NCBI GenBank assembly: GCA_963762165.1 | Contig: CAVXJN010000003.1 | Span: 1,601,066-1,665,065, forward strand | Length of the DNA: 64,000 nt | Reading direction: 5' to 3' | Origin: an uncultured Gammaproteobacteria bacterium | Lineage (GTDB): Bacteria; Pseudomonadota; Gammaproteobacteria; JASBUN01 | Shown: one piece after another, positions 1 through 8,654 of the stretch | How positions within the stretch are numbered: the stretch's first letter is position 1 | How the letters are laid out: every line of letters starts with the position of its first letter | Made by a program: the position numbers and the translations under genes | Notes under the pieces: model-generated | The model's database searches: none | Seen by the model: only the letters and a program-made list of their open reading frames with translations | What the model was told of the DNA's origin: nothing

Positions 1-470
1 TCGTCGCTGCAGCATATCCGGCCGGCCGGCCTGTGGCGGGGGCTTTGCTTCTGGCGGCCGCAGTGCTGACCACGGCTAGGTTGGTGCGCTGGCGTATATG
101 GCGCTGCCGGGCGCGTCCGGACCTGCTGTGCCTGTCTGCAGGGTACGCTTGGCTTGCCACCGGTTTGTGGCTACTTGGTGGCTCCTGGTCGATCGGTGGC
201 ATCGGCGCAACTACTGCAATTCATGCACTGACGGTAGGTGCACTGGGTACGCTGACAACTTCGGTTATGGCGCGCGTTCGCTATTTGCGCGCCAAACGTG
301 ATCCGGCTACGATGCGTGTCTTGCCGTCGATCACCATTCTGATTGCACTGGCTGCCGGTTTGCGGATCGGCGCCGGAGGCGCGGAAAGCTTGCTATGGCT
401 GGCGGCACTATGCTGGAGCACCGGTTTTGTGCTTCTTGCGCATGCGCTGTTTCGCGTCCCACTTCGGTAG
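1..470 (+). CDS. NnrS family membrane protein, C-terminal fragment (5' end outside window)
   Basis: Frame is open from the window edge to TAG at 468-470. Hydrophobic helices and the segment AIHALTVGALGTLTTSVMARV parallel AVHAFAFGGIGLMTIGMMSRV in the full-length NnrS paralogue that follows. Confidence 0.6.
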   Translation, partial: VAAAYPAGRPVAGALLLAAAVLTTARLVRWRIWRCRARPDLLCLSAGYAWLATGLWLLGGSWSIGGIGATTAIHALTVGALGTLTTSVMARVRYLRAKRDPATMRVLPSITILIALAAGLRIGAGGAESLLWLAALCWSTGFVLLAHALFRVPLR

Positions 471-560
471 CTTCCTGTCGCCCTTGATTCATATCAAGGC
501 GTACCCGGGGCGCCAATGAAATCCTTGCTCCGTTCGTTCCCGGGAGAGGAAAGCGTTGTC

Positions 561-1940
561 ATGGCAATTGAATTGCAGCAGCCGAGAGGTGCCAAATTCG
601 CCTTGTTTGAACTCGGTTTCAGACCGTTCTTCAGTGCCGCAGGTTTGTTCGCCGTCGTGTCGGTGCTGGTGTGGATGGCGCTTTACGTGTTCGCAGCGCA
701 CCTACCGATGGCGACCATTGCGCCGATGTATTGGCACGCGCACGAGATGATCTATGGCTACGTCATGGCCGTCGTTGCCGGCTTTCTGTTGACGGCGGTC
801 GGCAATTGGACAGGAGTCCGCACGTTCAGCGGGTCGCCGCTTGCCATGCTGCTGCTACTGTGGCTCGTCGGCCGGATCGCCTTTTTTCTACCAATGGAGA
901 GGGCGCTGCTGCTGGCGGCTGGCGCGGATCTTTTGTTCATGATCGGTCTGATTGTCGGTGTGAGTCTGCCGGTGATCAAGGTCAGGCAGTGGAAACAACT
1001 CGGCATCGTTTCCAAGCTGCTTTTCATGCTTTTTGCCAATGGATTGTTTTATGCAGGTCTGCTCGGCTATGCGGAGCAGGGCGTTCGCTGGGGTCTCTAT
1101 TTGGGTCTGTACCTCATTCTGGCGCTGATTTTCGTAATGGCGCGGCGTGTGATTCCGTTCTTCATCGAGCGGGGTGTGGCGGAACAATTTTCGGCGCGCA
1201 ATCGGCTCTGGCTGGACGTCAGCAGTCTGGTGCTGTTCACGGCCTGGGCCGTTCTCGATATATTCACGCAACAGTCGAATCTGGTCGCATGGCTCTCGGC
1301 CGCGCTATTCGCGATCCATCTGTGGCGTCTGCGTGACTGGTATACGCCGGGGATCTGGAAGGTGCCTTTGTTGTGGTCGCTCTACGTTGCCTACGGGTCC
1401 CTGGCGATCGGTTTTCTGTTGAAGGCACTGTCGATTTGGCAGTCGGTTGCGCCTCAGCTCGCTGTGCATGCATTCGCATTCGGCGGTATCGGTTTGATGA
1501 CCATCGGTATGATGTCACGAGTAGCGTTGGGCCATACCGGCCGTGATGTGGCCCGTCCGCCCGCGCTGGTGAGTCCGGTATTTGCGCTGCTCATCGCAGG
1601 CGCGATATTCCGGGTACTGTTGCCAGCCGTGGTGGACTCGCACTACACGCTGTGGATCGCCGTTTCCCAGGTTCTGTGGATCGCCGGATTCGCGATGTTT
1701 TGTGTAGTGTATATCCCAATGTTGATCAAGCCGCGGATAGATGGTCGGCCGGGATTAGCGACCGTGATCGTTTGTTATCGGTTCGATCAATCGGTGGCAT
1801 TAGCCATTGCGAAAAAGTCAACGCGCCACGGCGCTTACGCTTGGTCTGAACGCAACGCAACGATATTGCAAATTTTAATTGGTGGATTTACGCACAGTGT
1901 TTGCGCGATCGAGCTGCGCCCGCGGCAGTTTTCGTTGTAG
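561..1940 (+). CDS. nnrS: NnrS family heme/copper-containing membrane protein
   Basis: Multi-TM ORF opening with the NnrS-type LFELGFRPFF motif. ATG 561 is preceded by GGAGAGGAAAG; an alternative start lies at 516. About 60 extra C-terminal residues follow the usual ...KPRIDGRPG end. Confidence 0.85.
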   Translation: MAIELQQPRGAKFALFELGFRPFFSAAGLFAVVSVLVWMALYVFAAHLPMATIAPMYWHAHEMIYGYVMAVVAGFLLTAVGNWTGVRTFSGSPLAMLLLLWLVGRIAFFLPMERALLLAAGADLLFMIGLIVGVSLPVIKVRQWKQLGIVSKLLFMLFANGLFYAGLLGYAEQGVRWGLYLGLYLILALIFVMARRVIPFFIERGVAEQFSARNRLWLDVSSLVLFTAWAVLDIFTQQSNLVAWLSAALFAIHLWRLRDWYTPGIWKVPLLWSLYVAYGSLAIGFLLKALSIWQSVAPQLAVHAFAFGGIGLMTIGMMSRVALGHTGRDVARPPALVSPVFALLIAGAIFRVLLPAVVDSHYTLWIAVSQVLWIAGFAMFCVVYIPMLIKPRIDGRPGLATVIVCYRFDQSVALAIAKKSTRHGAYAWSERNATILQILIGGFTHSVCAIELRPRQFSL

Positions 1941-2579
1941 CAGGAGTTGCCGAACTTGCTCGCTGCAGTGCTGAGCGGAAACCGAAGTGATTTTGCCTTC
2001 CAAGCGCTGATATAAGTGCGCTTCCGTGACAATGAAATCCATCGCGACGTCGTATTCAGTCGGATAAATGGTGTCCACCACCTGTTGTTCGTAACCAATG
2101 CCGATGGCCACTGGTTGAGGAGCGATCGATGCCAGGGTGCGATCGAAGTACCCTCCTCCATATCCGAGACGGAAGCCGCCGTGATCGAATGCATTCAGTG
2201 GAGGAAACACCACGTCCGGCTCGACCTGCGGTGTGTCTACCGGTATCGGTATGTCGAAGACACCCCGAGTCATGGCCGCGCCGGGCCACCAGGAACGAAA
2301 CACCAGTGGATGTGCCTTTTGTGCGACGATCGGCAGGGCTGTAAGGGCGCCACCGGCGCGCAATTTGTGGGCTAAGAAGCGTTGATCGAACTCGCACTTG
2401 TGTGGCCAGCAGAATCCAACAACACAATCCGACAATACGTCTAACAGTACGCTTTCCAATTGTCGATTGATGCGATTGTCCATTTCCCGTTTTCGATCCG
2501 TCGGAATCGCGGTTCGTAGCTGGATGGCTCTGGATCGCACTTCTTTGCGCCATGCCGGCGTGGCGGGTTTGATATTCAT
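1875..2579 (-). CDS. 5-formyltetrahydrofolate cyclo-ligase family protein
   Basis: MNIKPATPAWRKEVR... with the family motifs FDHGGFRLGYGGGYFDR and CVVGFCWP. The upstream 51 codons of the listed ORF are Arg/Thr-rich junk, so the internal ATG at 2579 is preferred. Confidence 0.8.
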   Translation of the reverse strand: MNIKPATPAWRKEVRSRAIQLRTAIPTDRKREMDNRINRQLESVLLDVLSDCVVGFCWPHKCEFDQRFLAHKLRAGGALTALPIVAQKAHPLVFRSWWPGAAMTRGVFDIPIPVDTPQVEPDVVFPPLNAFDHGGFRLGYGGGYFDRTLASIAPQPVAIGIGYEQQVVDTIYPTEYDVAMDFIVTEAHLYQRLEGKITSVSAQHCSEQVRQLLLQRKLPRAQLDRANTVRKSTN

Positions 2580-2961
2580 CTTTAATGTTTCGTTCCGAAT
2601 AAAGTAAGCCGAAGCCTCCGTGGAGAAGATGTTAGTGGTTTCTGTGCGGTTGCGGGTATGTTTTGGGTTTCTGCGGGTAAAGCGTTGCTTATGGATGAAC
2701 CAGCTGCGCGTGTAAGTCACCAGCCGCTTCACACCTTCCGGTACAAGGAGGCAAGTCCCGCGATTGTGTCCACGAGTCGATGCAACTTTCCGTCGCCCAC
2801 CGGGTCGAGGATCGCCCGCTCTTGAAATAATTGTTGTAAGGATTCGGGCCGGCTAACGACCAATCACCTGTAGACGCAGAAGTTTCACGAAAACCAAGCG
2901 GGGACCGCGACGCTCTCCAGGTCGACGGGAACCTAAGTCAATGACGGATAAGGAGATACCG

Positions 2962-3255
2962 ATGACGAGATACAACGCGACTGCACTTGTGCTGGCCATG
3001 AGTGCGGCCATGACACTTGCCGCTTTGCCGGCTTCTGCTGCCGAACAGGCAAAAGAGAAGTGCTACGGCGTAGCGCTAAAAGGCCAAAACGACTGCAAGG
3101 CGGGACCCGGGACCACCTGCGCAGGCACTTCGAAAGTCGACTATCAAGGTAATGCATGGAAGTTGGTTCCGGCCGGCACGTGTACGGAGATTCCGTCACC
3201 GACGTCGCCGACGGGCCACGGCCAAATGGAGCCGTTCAAGGCCAAGCGCTCCTGA
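2962..3255 (+). CDS. bufA: DUF2282-type bufferin precursor peptide (BufA-like), Sec signal peptide plus 4-Cys core
   Basis: AAGGAGATACCG RBS precedes ATG 2962. Signal peptide ...[11 protein letters not shown]. Core is [46 protein letters not shown], the conserved DUF2282 pattern. Confidence 0.85.
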   Translation: MTRYNATALVLAMSAAMTLAALPASAAEQAKEKCYGVALKGQNDCKAGPGTTCAGTSKVDYQGNAWKLVPAGTCTEIPSPTSPTGHGQMEPFKAKRS

Positions 3256-3256
3256 G

Positions 3257-4198
3257 ATGCGAACCGTGCGTCCAGGCGCAACTTCAGCTTCGGACATGCA
3301 CTCGATGGAAAAGACCGGTGGTGCGGCGCGCGGGCAGACCGGCGGTTTGCCCGCGCGTGCCGGCGTCGGATTGAAAGCCGAACATTTTCGCGACGTCATC
3401 ACGACGCGACCGAATCTTGGCTTTTTCGAGGTCCATGCCGAAAACTACATGGTCGCCGGCGGTCCATATCGCCATTTTCTAAGCCGCATTCGCGAGCATT
3501 ATGCACTGTCCATGCATGGTGTCGGGCTGTCGATCGGGGGTGAGAAACGCCCCGACCGAGTCCATCTGGACCGACTCGTGGCTCTATTGAATCGCTATGA
3601 ACCGCAAGTATTTTCCGAGCACCTCGCCTGGACCGGCCACGGCTCCGCATTCTTAAACGACTTGCTGCCGATCGCTTACAACCACATTACATTGCAACGG
3701 GTGTGCGAGCACGTCGATGAAGTGCAGTGTCAGTTGAAGCGTCGAATATTGCTGGAGAATCCTGCGACCTATGTCGAGTTCGCGGAGTCGGATATGGCGG
3801 AATCCGACTTTATGAATCAGGTCGTACGGAATACCGGCTGCGGTTTGTTACTCGACGTCAGCAACGTATATGTATCCAGCGTAAATCACCATCGCGACCC
3901 GTATACGAGCCTGCGGGATCTACCGCTCGACGCCGTGGAAGAGGTACATCTGGCTGGGTTTTCCTGCAGCAATGATGCAAGCGGCGATTCGTTATTGATC
4001 GACAGTCATGATGATGCGATCGCGCCGGAGGTGTGGGACCTGTACGCGTTCGCGATAGACTCCGCAGGACCCGTGGCGACGCTGATCGAACGCGACGGAA
4101 ATATCCCGCCGCTGCGGGAGTTGCTCACGGAAGCTGAACGCGCCGACATCGTGCTCAGGGCTCACCTGCGCAGATCTGGGGGTCGGGCAGTTGATTAG
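3257..4198 (+). CDS. bufB: MNIO family (DUF692, MbnB-like) multinuclear non-heme iron oxidase, BufB-like
   Basis: GVGLKAEHFRDV...LGFFEVHAENYM...MHGVGLSIGG...FSEHLAW are DUF692 hallmarks. Start is uncertain (ATG 3257, 3296 or 3305); 3257 lies 1 nt after the bufA stop. Confidence 0.9.
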   Translation: MRTVRPGATSASDMHSMEKTGGAARGQTGGLPARAGVGLKAEHFRDVITTRPNLGFFEVHAENYMVAGGPYRHFLSRIREHYALSMHGVGLSIGGEKRPDRVHLDRLVALLNRYEPQVFSEHLAWTGHGSAFLNDLLPIAYNHITLQRVCEHVDEVQCQLKRRILLENPATYVEFAESDMAESDFMNQVVRNTGCGLLLDVSNVYVSSVNHHRDPYTSLRDLPLDAVEEVHLAGFSCSNDASGDSLLIDSHDDAIAPEVWDLYAFAIDSAGPVATLIERDGNIPPLRELLTEAERADIVLRAHLRRSGGRAVD

Positions 4199-4967
4199 TC
4201 AAGCCGACTTTGCCAGGGCCTTGCTTGATCCGGAGCGGCCGGCGCCGGGAGGGCTTGTTACGTGGAATGACTCGGACCCTGAAATGCGCTTTGCGGTGCA
4301 CCGCAATAATGTGGTGGGGTCCCTCATTGACGCGCTGGCGGACACATTTCCGGTCACACAACAGCTGGTCGGAGAAGCGTTCTTTCGCGCGATGACCCGG
4401 CTTTTTGTTCTTGCAGAGCCGCCCAGGGCTCCGATGCTTGCAATGTACGGGAAATCGTTCCCGGAGTTTGTCGAATCGTTTCCGCCGGCTGACTCTGTGC
4501 CCTACCTGGCGGATGTGGCCCGCCTGGAACTGATGCGGCTGGAAGCGTATCACGCCGCAGACGTTGCGCCACTCGCAGCTGGGGCCGTGGCGCAAGCTCA
4601 AAGGGGCGCTGCGCAGACCGAAGACTGGGTGCTCGAGTTCCCACCTTCTGCGCGGCTGCTGCAATCGCCTTTCGCGGTGGTATCCATCTGGGCGGCCCAT
4701 CAAAGTGATGATGCCCGTGAGGTTGTCGACGCCTATGTCGAAGAAACGGCATTGGTTATACGAGTGCACTTCGACGTGGAGGTCGTTCAACTGAATCCGG
4801 GGGACGCTCGCTTCGTCAGTGCGCTTATGCGTGGTGTGCCCATCGGGGCGGCGGCGGATGCAGCGCGAACTCGTTGCACGGGATTCGATCCTGCCGAAAG
4901 TTTGGCCCTGCTGTTTCGTCACCATGCCATTACCTCTCTCATTCCAACCGGGAACACGAGACCATGA
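4191..4967 (+). CDS. bufC: DUF2063 domain protein (BufC-like MNIO partner)
   Basis: N-terminus FARALLDPERPAPGGL...RFAVHRNNVVGSLIDAL..FP and later YLADVARLELMRLEAYHA match DUF2063. Overlaps bufB by 8 nt. Confidence 0.8.
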   Translation: MISQADFARALLDPERPAPGGLVTWNDSDPEMRFAVHRNNVVGSLIDALADTFPVTQQLVGEAFFRAMTRLFVLAEPPRAPMLAMYGKSFPEFVESFPPADSVPYLADVARLELMRLEAYHAADVAPLAAGAVAQAQRGAAQTEDWVLEFPPSARLLQSPFAVVSIWAAHQSDDAREVVDAYVEETALVIRVHFDVEVVQLNPGDARFVSALMRGVPIGAAADAARTRCTGFDPAESLALLFRHHAITSLIPTGNTRP

Positions 4968-5494
4968 ATACAGCTAATGACACCGCCACACTCACAGTTG
5001 GGCGCAAACGGGGCCAGGGTGTGATCGGACGTCTGAATTTGATGTTCGCATCTATACCAGATTCATTGATTGCTGCGCTCGGACGATTCTCCATAGCTGC
5101 TATATTCTGGAAGTCGGGCCAGACCAAAATCGAGGGCCTTGCCGTTGATGTGCTGAATGGTCAGTTCCAGTTCGGTTGGCCGCATTTGTCCAGTTCTGCG
5201 GTGGAGCTGTTCAAGTACGAGTACGGCCTGCCGTTGGTTTCGCCGGAACTTGCCGCAACGTTGGCGGCGTTTGCAGAACATGTGTTCCCGGTCTTCCTTC
5301 TGCTTGGTCTGGCGACACGATTTTCCGCGTTTGCCTTGTTGACCATGACCGCCGTGATCCAAATCTTCGTCTATCCGGATGCCTATCCTACCCATGGGGT
5401 CTGGGCGACGGTATTGCTGTTTCTTGTGGCAAAAGGCGGCGGCTGGCTGTCGCTGGATCATTGGCTTGCGTCGCGATACCGGTCTCAAGCGTAA
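4964..5494 (+). CDS. DoxX family membrane protein
   Basis: ATGA overlap with the bufC stop. Four hydrophobic helices and DoxX-like IAAIFWKSGQTK and VFPVFLLLGLATRFSA segments. Confidence 0.85.
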   Translation: MNTANDTATLTVGRKRGQGVIGRLNLMFASIPDSLIAALGRFSIAAIFWKSGQTKIEGLAVDVLNGQFQFGWPHLSSSAVELFKYEYGLPLVSPELAATLAAFAEHVFPVFLLLGLATRFSAFALLTMTAVIQIFVYPDAYPTHGVWATVLLFLVAKGGGWLSLDHWLASRYRSQA

Positions 5495-5695
5495 TGAATC
5501 CGCAGAAGGCGCAAGGGCGCACGTAACTGCTGCGCGGAATACAGTGCGTTCAGGACTTTGAAAGCTTTTCAGCCGCGCGGCCACAACACCGCAAGCGGGG
5601 CGCATGAGCAGACGTAGCTTTAGTGGGACGCACCTAGGAACGAGGTAGGTTCGGATCTTGTGCTTGGGAAATCAATTTCGCGGTATCAGGACAGT

Positions 5696-6334
5696 TCAGC
5701 ATGTGGACTCGGCTTCGACGATCCACTGTTGCTCCAGGCACCGGCGCAAGCATATGCGTGAGCGATGCATCATGACGTTCAGGTTTCCAACCGTGATTTC
5801 AACGGCCGAGCAGATCTCTTGGTTATCCAGTCCGACGAATTCACGCATCATGAACACGCGCGCATGATTGGGGGGTAAATTTTCCAGGCACATCTCAAAG
5901 ACCCGCCAAAATTGCTGTTCACGTATTGCTTCCTCTGGATCGCCCCAACCCCGCGGACGCTCGCCAGCAAGCCAGCAGCCCCGGCTGTCGAACAATGGCG
6001 GGGCATTGTCGAGGTCTTCCTCGTCACGCGCGGCGCCTCTGTCACGGGACAGTCGTGAATACTGGCGCAATTGGTCGGCAATCTTGTTTTTAAGGATTGC
6101 AAATATCCATGTTTTCAGCGCTGCGCGGCCGCGAAACGAACCTGCATTTCGGAGGGCGCCGACGAACGTCTCTTGTACGACATCTTCGGCGAGACACGCA
6201 TCAGACAGTTGCAGGGTCGCGAATGAAAGCATCTTGCGGCGCAGTTCCTTGAGCGCGTCGTCGTCGACGAGCAAGGTCTCGTCCGCGCTGGGATTTCGAG
6301 GCGTACTCGAGTCGTACCGGTTTTGAATGTGCAT
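5696..6334 (-). CDS. ECF (sigma-70 family group 4) RNA polymerase sigma factor
   Basis: Region 2 (AEDVVQETFVGALRNAGSFRGRAALKTWIFAILKNKIAD) and region 4 (LPPNHARVFMMREFVGLDNQEICSAVEITVGNLNVMMHRSR). ATG 6334 is preceded by GGGAGG. The upstream 113 codons of the listed ORF look non-coding. Confidence 0.85.
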   Translation of the reverse strand: MHIQNRYDSSTPRNPSADETLLVDDDALKELRRKMLSFATLQLSDACLAEDVVQETFVGALRNAGSFRGRAALKTWIFAILKNKIADQLRQYSRLSRDRGAARDEEDLDNAPPLFDSRGCWLAGERPRGWGDPEEAIREQQFWRVFEMCLENLPPNHARVFMMREFVGLDNQEICSAVEITVGNLNVMMHRSRICLRRCLEQQWIVEAESTC

Positions 6335-6805
6335 CTGGCCTCCCGCCTCGCCGACCGTGCAGATTGCCCCGTATACGACGTATGGACCGCGGTATCGGCC
6401 GTAAGTTCCGGGCGCCCGGCTTCGGCCGCACGGTAGAGACTCGACTTCGGCCCAGCGGGGACACGAGCGTTCTGTACGGAATGCTGCCGTGGTATTGGCG
6501 GCGGCTCGGCTGACACCGCGTTCGAACCGGTCATAGAGGAGGGGCGGCGTGCGCGGAGCGTTTTCCGGAGAAGTGGTGCGCGAACATGGCGCGCGGCGGC
6601 CTGGGCCGCAGACAGCGCACATGTTCCTCAATACCGTAGCACCGCGTGGTAGCAAGCGAACAGACGAAGTCATAGCTTGTATCTACGCTGTTCTGCAGTC
6701 TATGATCGTGCCTTCATGGAAGCCGCGCCCTTCCTCGGAACCGCGGACCACTCAAGGTCGTGTCGTCTCCGATCCCGTATTGCGCCGCCGCGAATTGCAA
6801 CATCG

Positions 6806-7762
6806 ATGCGCATTATTAAAGACATTCCAACCAACTTGATATTCGGTTTTCTCGGTGTAGGGAAGACCACCGCGGTACTCGATTGGATTCGGCAGAAGCC
6901 CGCCGGTGAGTCGTGGTCTGTATTGGTAAATGAATTCGGCGAAGTGGGCATCGACGGTGCGATATACCAAAGCCAGGGAATTGCGGTGAAAGAAATTCCC
7001 GGCGGTTGCATGTGTTGCGCCCAAGGTGTGCCTCTGCAAGTAGCCGTGAATCGCCTTCTGCGGGAAACACTTCCGGATCGGCTGTTGATCGAAACCAGCG
7101 GTATCGGCCATCCGTCCGGCGTACTCGATACGCTGCGAGGCGACGGCTTCCGCGGCGTGCTCGATCTGAAAGCGATCATTGCCTTGGTCGATCCGGAACA
7201 GTTGCTCAATGCTGCATGCGTAACCAATGATCTGTTCCTGCAGCAACTCGCGCTCGCCGACGTTCTGGTGGCGAATAAGATCGATTTGGCTTCCGCGCCG
7301 GCTTTGTCGGCCTTTCAAGCGCTGTCGGACCGATTCGCCACACCGAAGGCTCTGATTGCATCGACCACTCGCGGCAAGATGCAATTGCAATGGCTCGAGT
7401 ACGATCACAGCGATCGTAAGGACGACTTCACGGCTGCCGCATCAGCGGTACAATCCGGGCGCTGGCAGTCTATGAATTGGCGTTTTTCCGCCGCGACGAC
7501 TTTCGATATGGACGCGTTGCGACGCTGGATTGAGACGCTGTCGGTTGTCCGCCTAAAAGGTATCGTCAACACAAAGAGCGGAAGCTACGTACTGAACTAT
7601 GCGGCGGGCTCACTCGCGGTACAGCCGGCCGGGCAGGATCTGGAGACCCGACTGCAGATAATCGATCAGCAAGCCGCCGACCAACGGGCGACGGATCTGT
7701 TTGCAAGCGAAATCGAAAAGAACCTCAATGCATGCATCGATTCGGATGTTAAGAGCAAGTAG
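6806..7762 (+). CDS. COG0523 / CobW-family G3E P-loop GTPase (metallochaperone-type)
   Basis: Walker A FGFLGVGKTT, metal motif GGCMCC, IETSGIGHP and VANKIDL, plus a CobW_C-like C-terminal domain. Confidence 0.85.
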   Translation: MRIIKDIPTNLIFGFLGVGKTTAVLDWIRQKPAGESWSVLVNEFGEVGIDGAIYQSQGIAVKEIPGGCMCCAQGVPLQVAVNRLLRETLPDRLLIETSGIGHPSGVLDTLRGDGFRGVLDLKAIIALVDPEQLLNAACVTNDLFLQQLALADVLVANKIDLASAPALSAFQALSDRFATPKALIASTTRGKMQLQWLEYDHSDRKDDFTAAASAVQSGRWQSMNWRFSAATTFDMDALRRWIETLSVVRLKGIVNTKSGSYVLNYAAGSLAVQPAGQDLETRLQIIDQQAADQRATDLFASEIEKNLNACIDSDVKSK

Positions 7763-8164
7763 TTTCGCTCTATCGATTTCCCGGTACGGACAACCATTGA
7801 TTGCGCGGGCGGATCCGGGTGGTCGTTATTCAAGCGGCCGTTGTTTGCCTTCGGGCTTCTGTCCTATATCCCTCGCGCGGTTGGTGATGCGCGCGTTTCG
7901 AGTACTGCACGCCGCCCAAGCCGTAATCCACGCGACTCCCAAAGGCGACAAGCGCAATGACTGGATGTGTGCGGCACGAAGTTCAGTGTCGGAGCCGGGG
8001 GATATCGCGCGAAAATCTATGCAGGTGGTGCTATACGCGCGGCACTATGGGGCATGTCGCCCCCTTGCAGTTTGTGAGACCGCCGCGGCAGCGGCTGGCA
8101 ACTGGCATGCGTGGTGCATATATGAGCGTCGACCATAGAGTCGGAAACTGAAAGGAGACAGACT

Positions 8165-8611
8165 ATGAAACGGAATCTTTTGATCGCTGCAATCGCCGCA
8201 GCCGCCATGTCGACCAGCGCTTTCGCCGCCGAACTGGGTGCCGATACCAGCGCGCAAGTCGGGGCCTCTGCGAACGCAACCACCGGAAGCGAAGGCTTCA
8301 GTCAGTTGGACGCCAATCATGACGGCCAACTGAGCCGTAGTGAGGCGCAAGCCAATGGTCGATTGTCGGGGCAGTGGAGCCAACTCGACGCTGACGGCAA
8401 TGGCAGGGTGGATCAGTCCGAGTTCTCTGCATTCGAAAGCAAGGTGCCAAACGCGGCGGCACCCGCCGGCCAGCCTAACGGCATCGGCCGCCCTGGCGCG
8501 AGTGGCACCATGCCCGAACCGGGCGCAGCGCCTGGCGCCGGCATGGATTCGACCCCGCCTGGCATCCGCACGAATCCGGGAGCCAGTGGAGCGGCACCCG
8601 GCCACATGTAA
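8165..8611 (+). CDS. Secreted EF-hand calcium-binding protein with Pro/Gly/Ala-rich tail
   Basis: AAAGGAGA RBS and signal peptide ...STSAFA/AE. Two EF-hand loops, DANHDGQLSRSE and DADGNGRVDQSE. Confidence 0.8.
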   Translation: MKRNLLIAAIAAAAMSTSAFAAELGADTSAQVGASANATTGSEGFSQLDANHDGQLSRSEAQANGRLSGQWSQLDADGNGRVDQSEFSAFESKVPNAAAPAGQPNGIGRPGASGTMPEPGAAPGAGMDSTPPGIRTNPGASGAAPGHM

Positions 8612-8625
8612 GAGCAGTAAGTGGA

Positions 8626-8654
8626 CGCTCCGCGGAACTACCGTTCCCGGAGCG
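8626..8654 (+). terminator. Stable hairpin 15 nt after the EF-hand gene stop (possible terminator, no U-tract)
   Basis: CGCTCCG-C-GGAAC tacc GTTCC-CGGAGCG forms a 12-bp stem with one bulged C and a 4-nt loop. No T-run follows. Confidence 0.4.

Noticed and set aside
2941-2961. Upstream ATG (2941) as the start of the bufferin precursor
   Set aside because: The strong AAGGAGATACCG Shine-Dalgarno sits inside those seven codons and is correctly spaced for ATG 2962, which also gives a normal signal-peptide n-region.
3152-3256. N-terminal extensions of listed ORFs that overlap the preceding gene (3152, 4874, 16104, 23882, 27827, 37909, 42140, 42451, 58944, 61047)
   Set aside because: In every case the extension is the out-of-frame read of the upstream gene (Arg-rich junk). 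A start codon at or next to the upstream stop, often an ATGA overlap, gives a protein with a normal N-terminus.
5063-5605. Minus-strand ORF downstream of the ECF sigma gene, considered as its anti-sigma factor
   Set aside because: It overlaps doxX antisense for most of its length and is Arg/Pro-rich. It has no zf-HC2/ChrR-like N-terminus and no TM segment.
6335-6805. Long 5' region of the COG0523 (CobW-like) gene, checked for a cobalamin riboswitch or Zur box
   Set aside because: I could not find the B12-box core or a GTAATGTTATAACATTAC-like Zur palindrome. The only symmetry is a 6-bp TCATAG...CTATGA pair 24 nt apart, which is too weak.
7701-8138. 145-aa ORF in the gap between the COG0523 gene and the EF-hand gene
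   Set aside because: It starts inside the COG0523 gene and has no RBS. Its composition (Arg/Ala/Cys-rich) is unlike neighbouring genes, and no motif was recognised.
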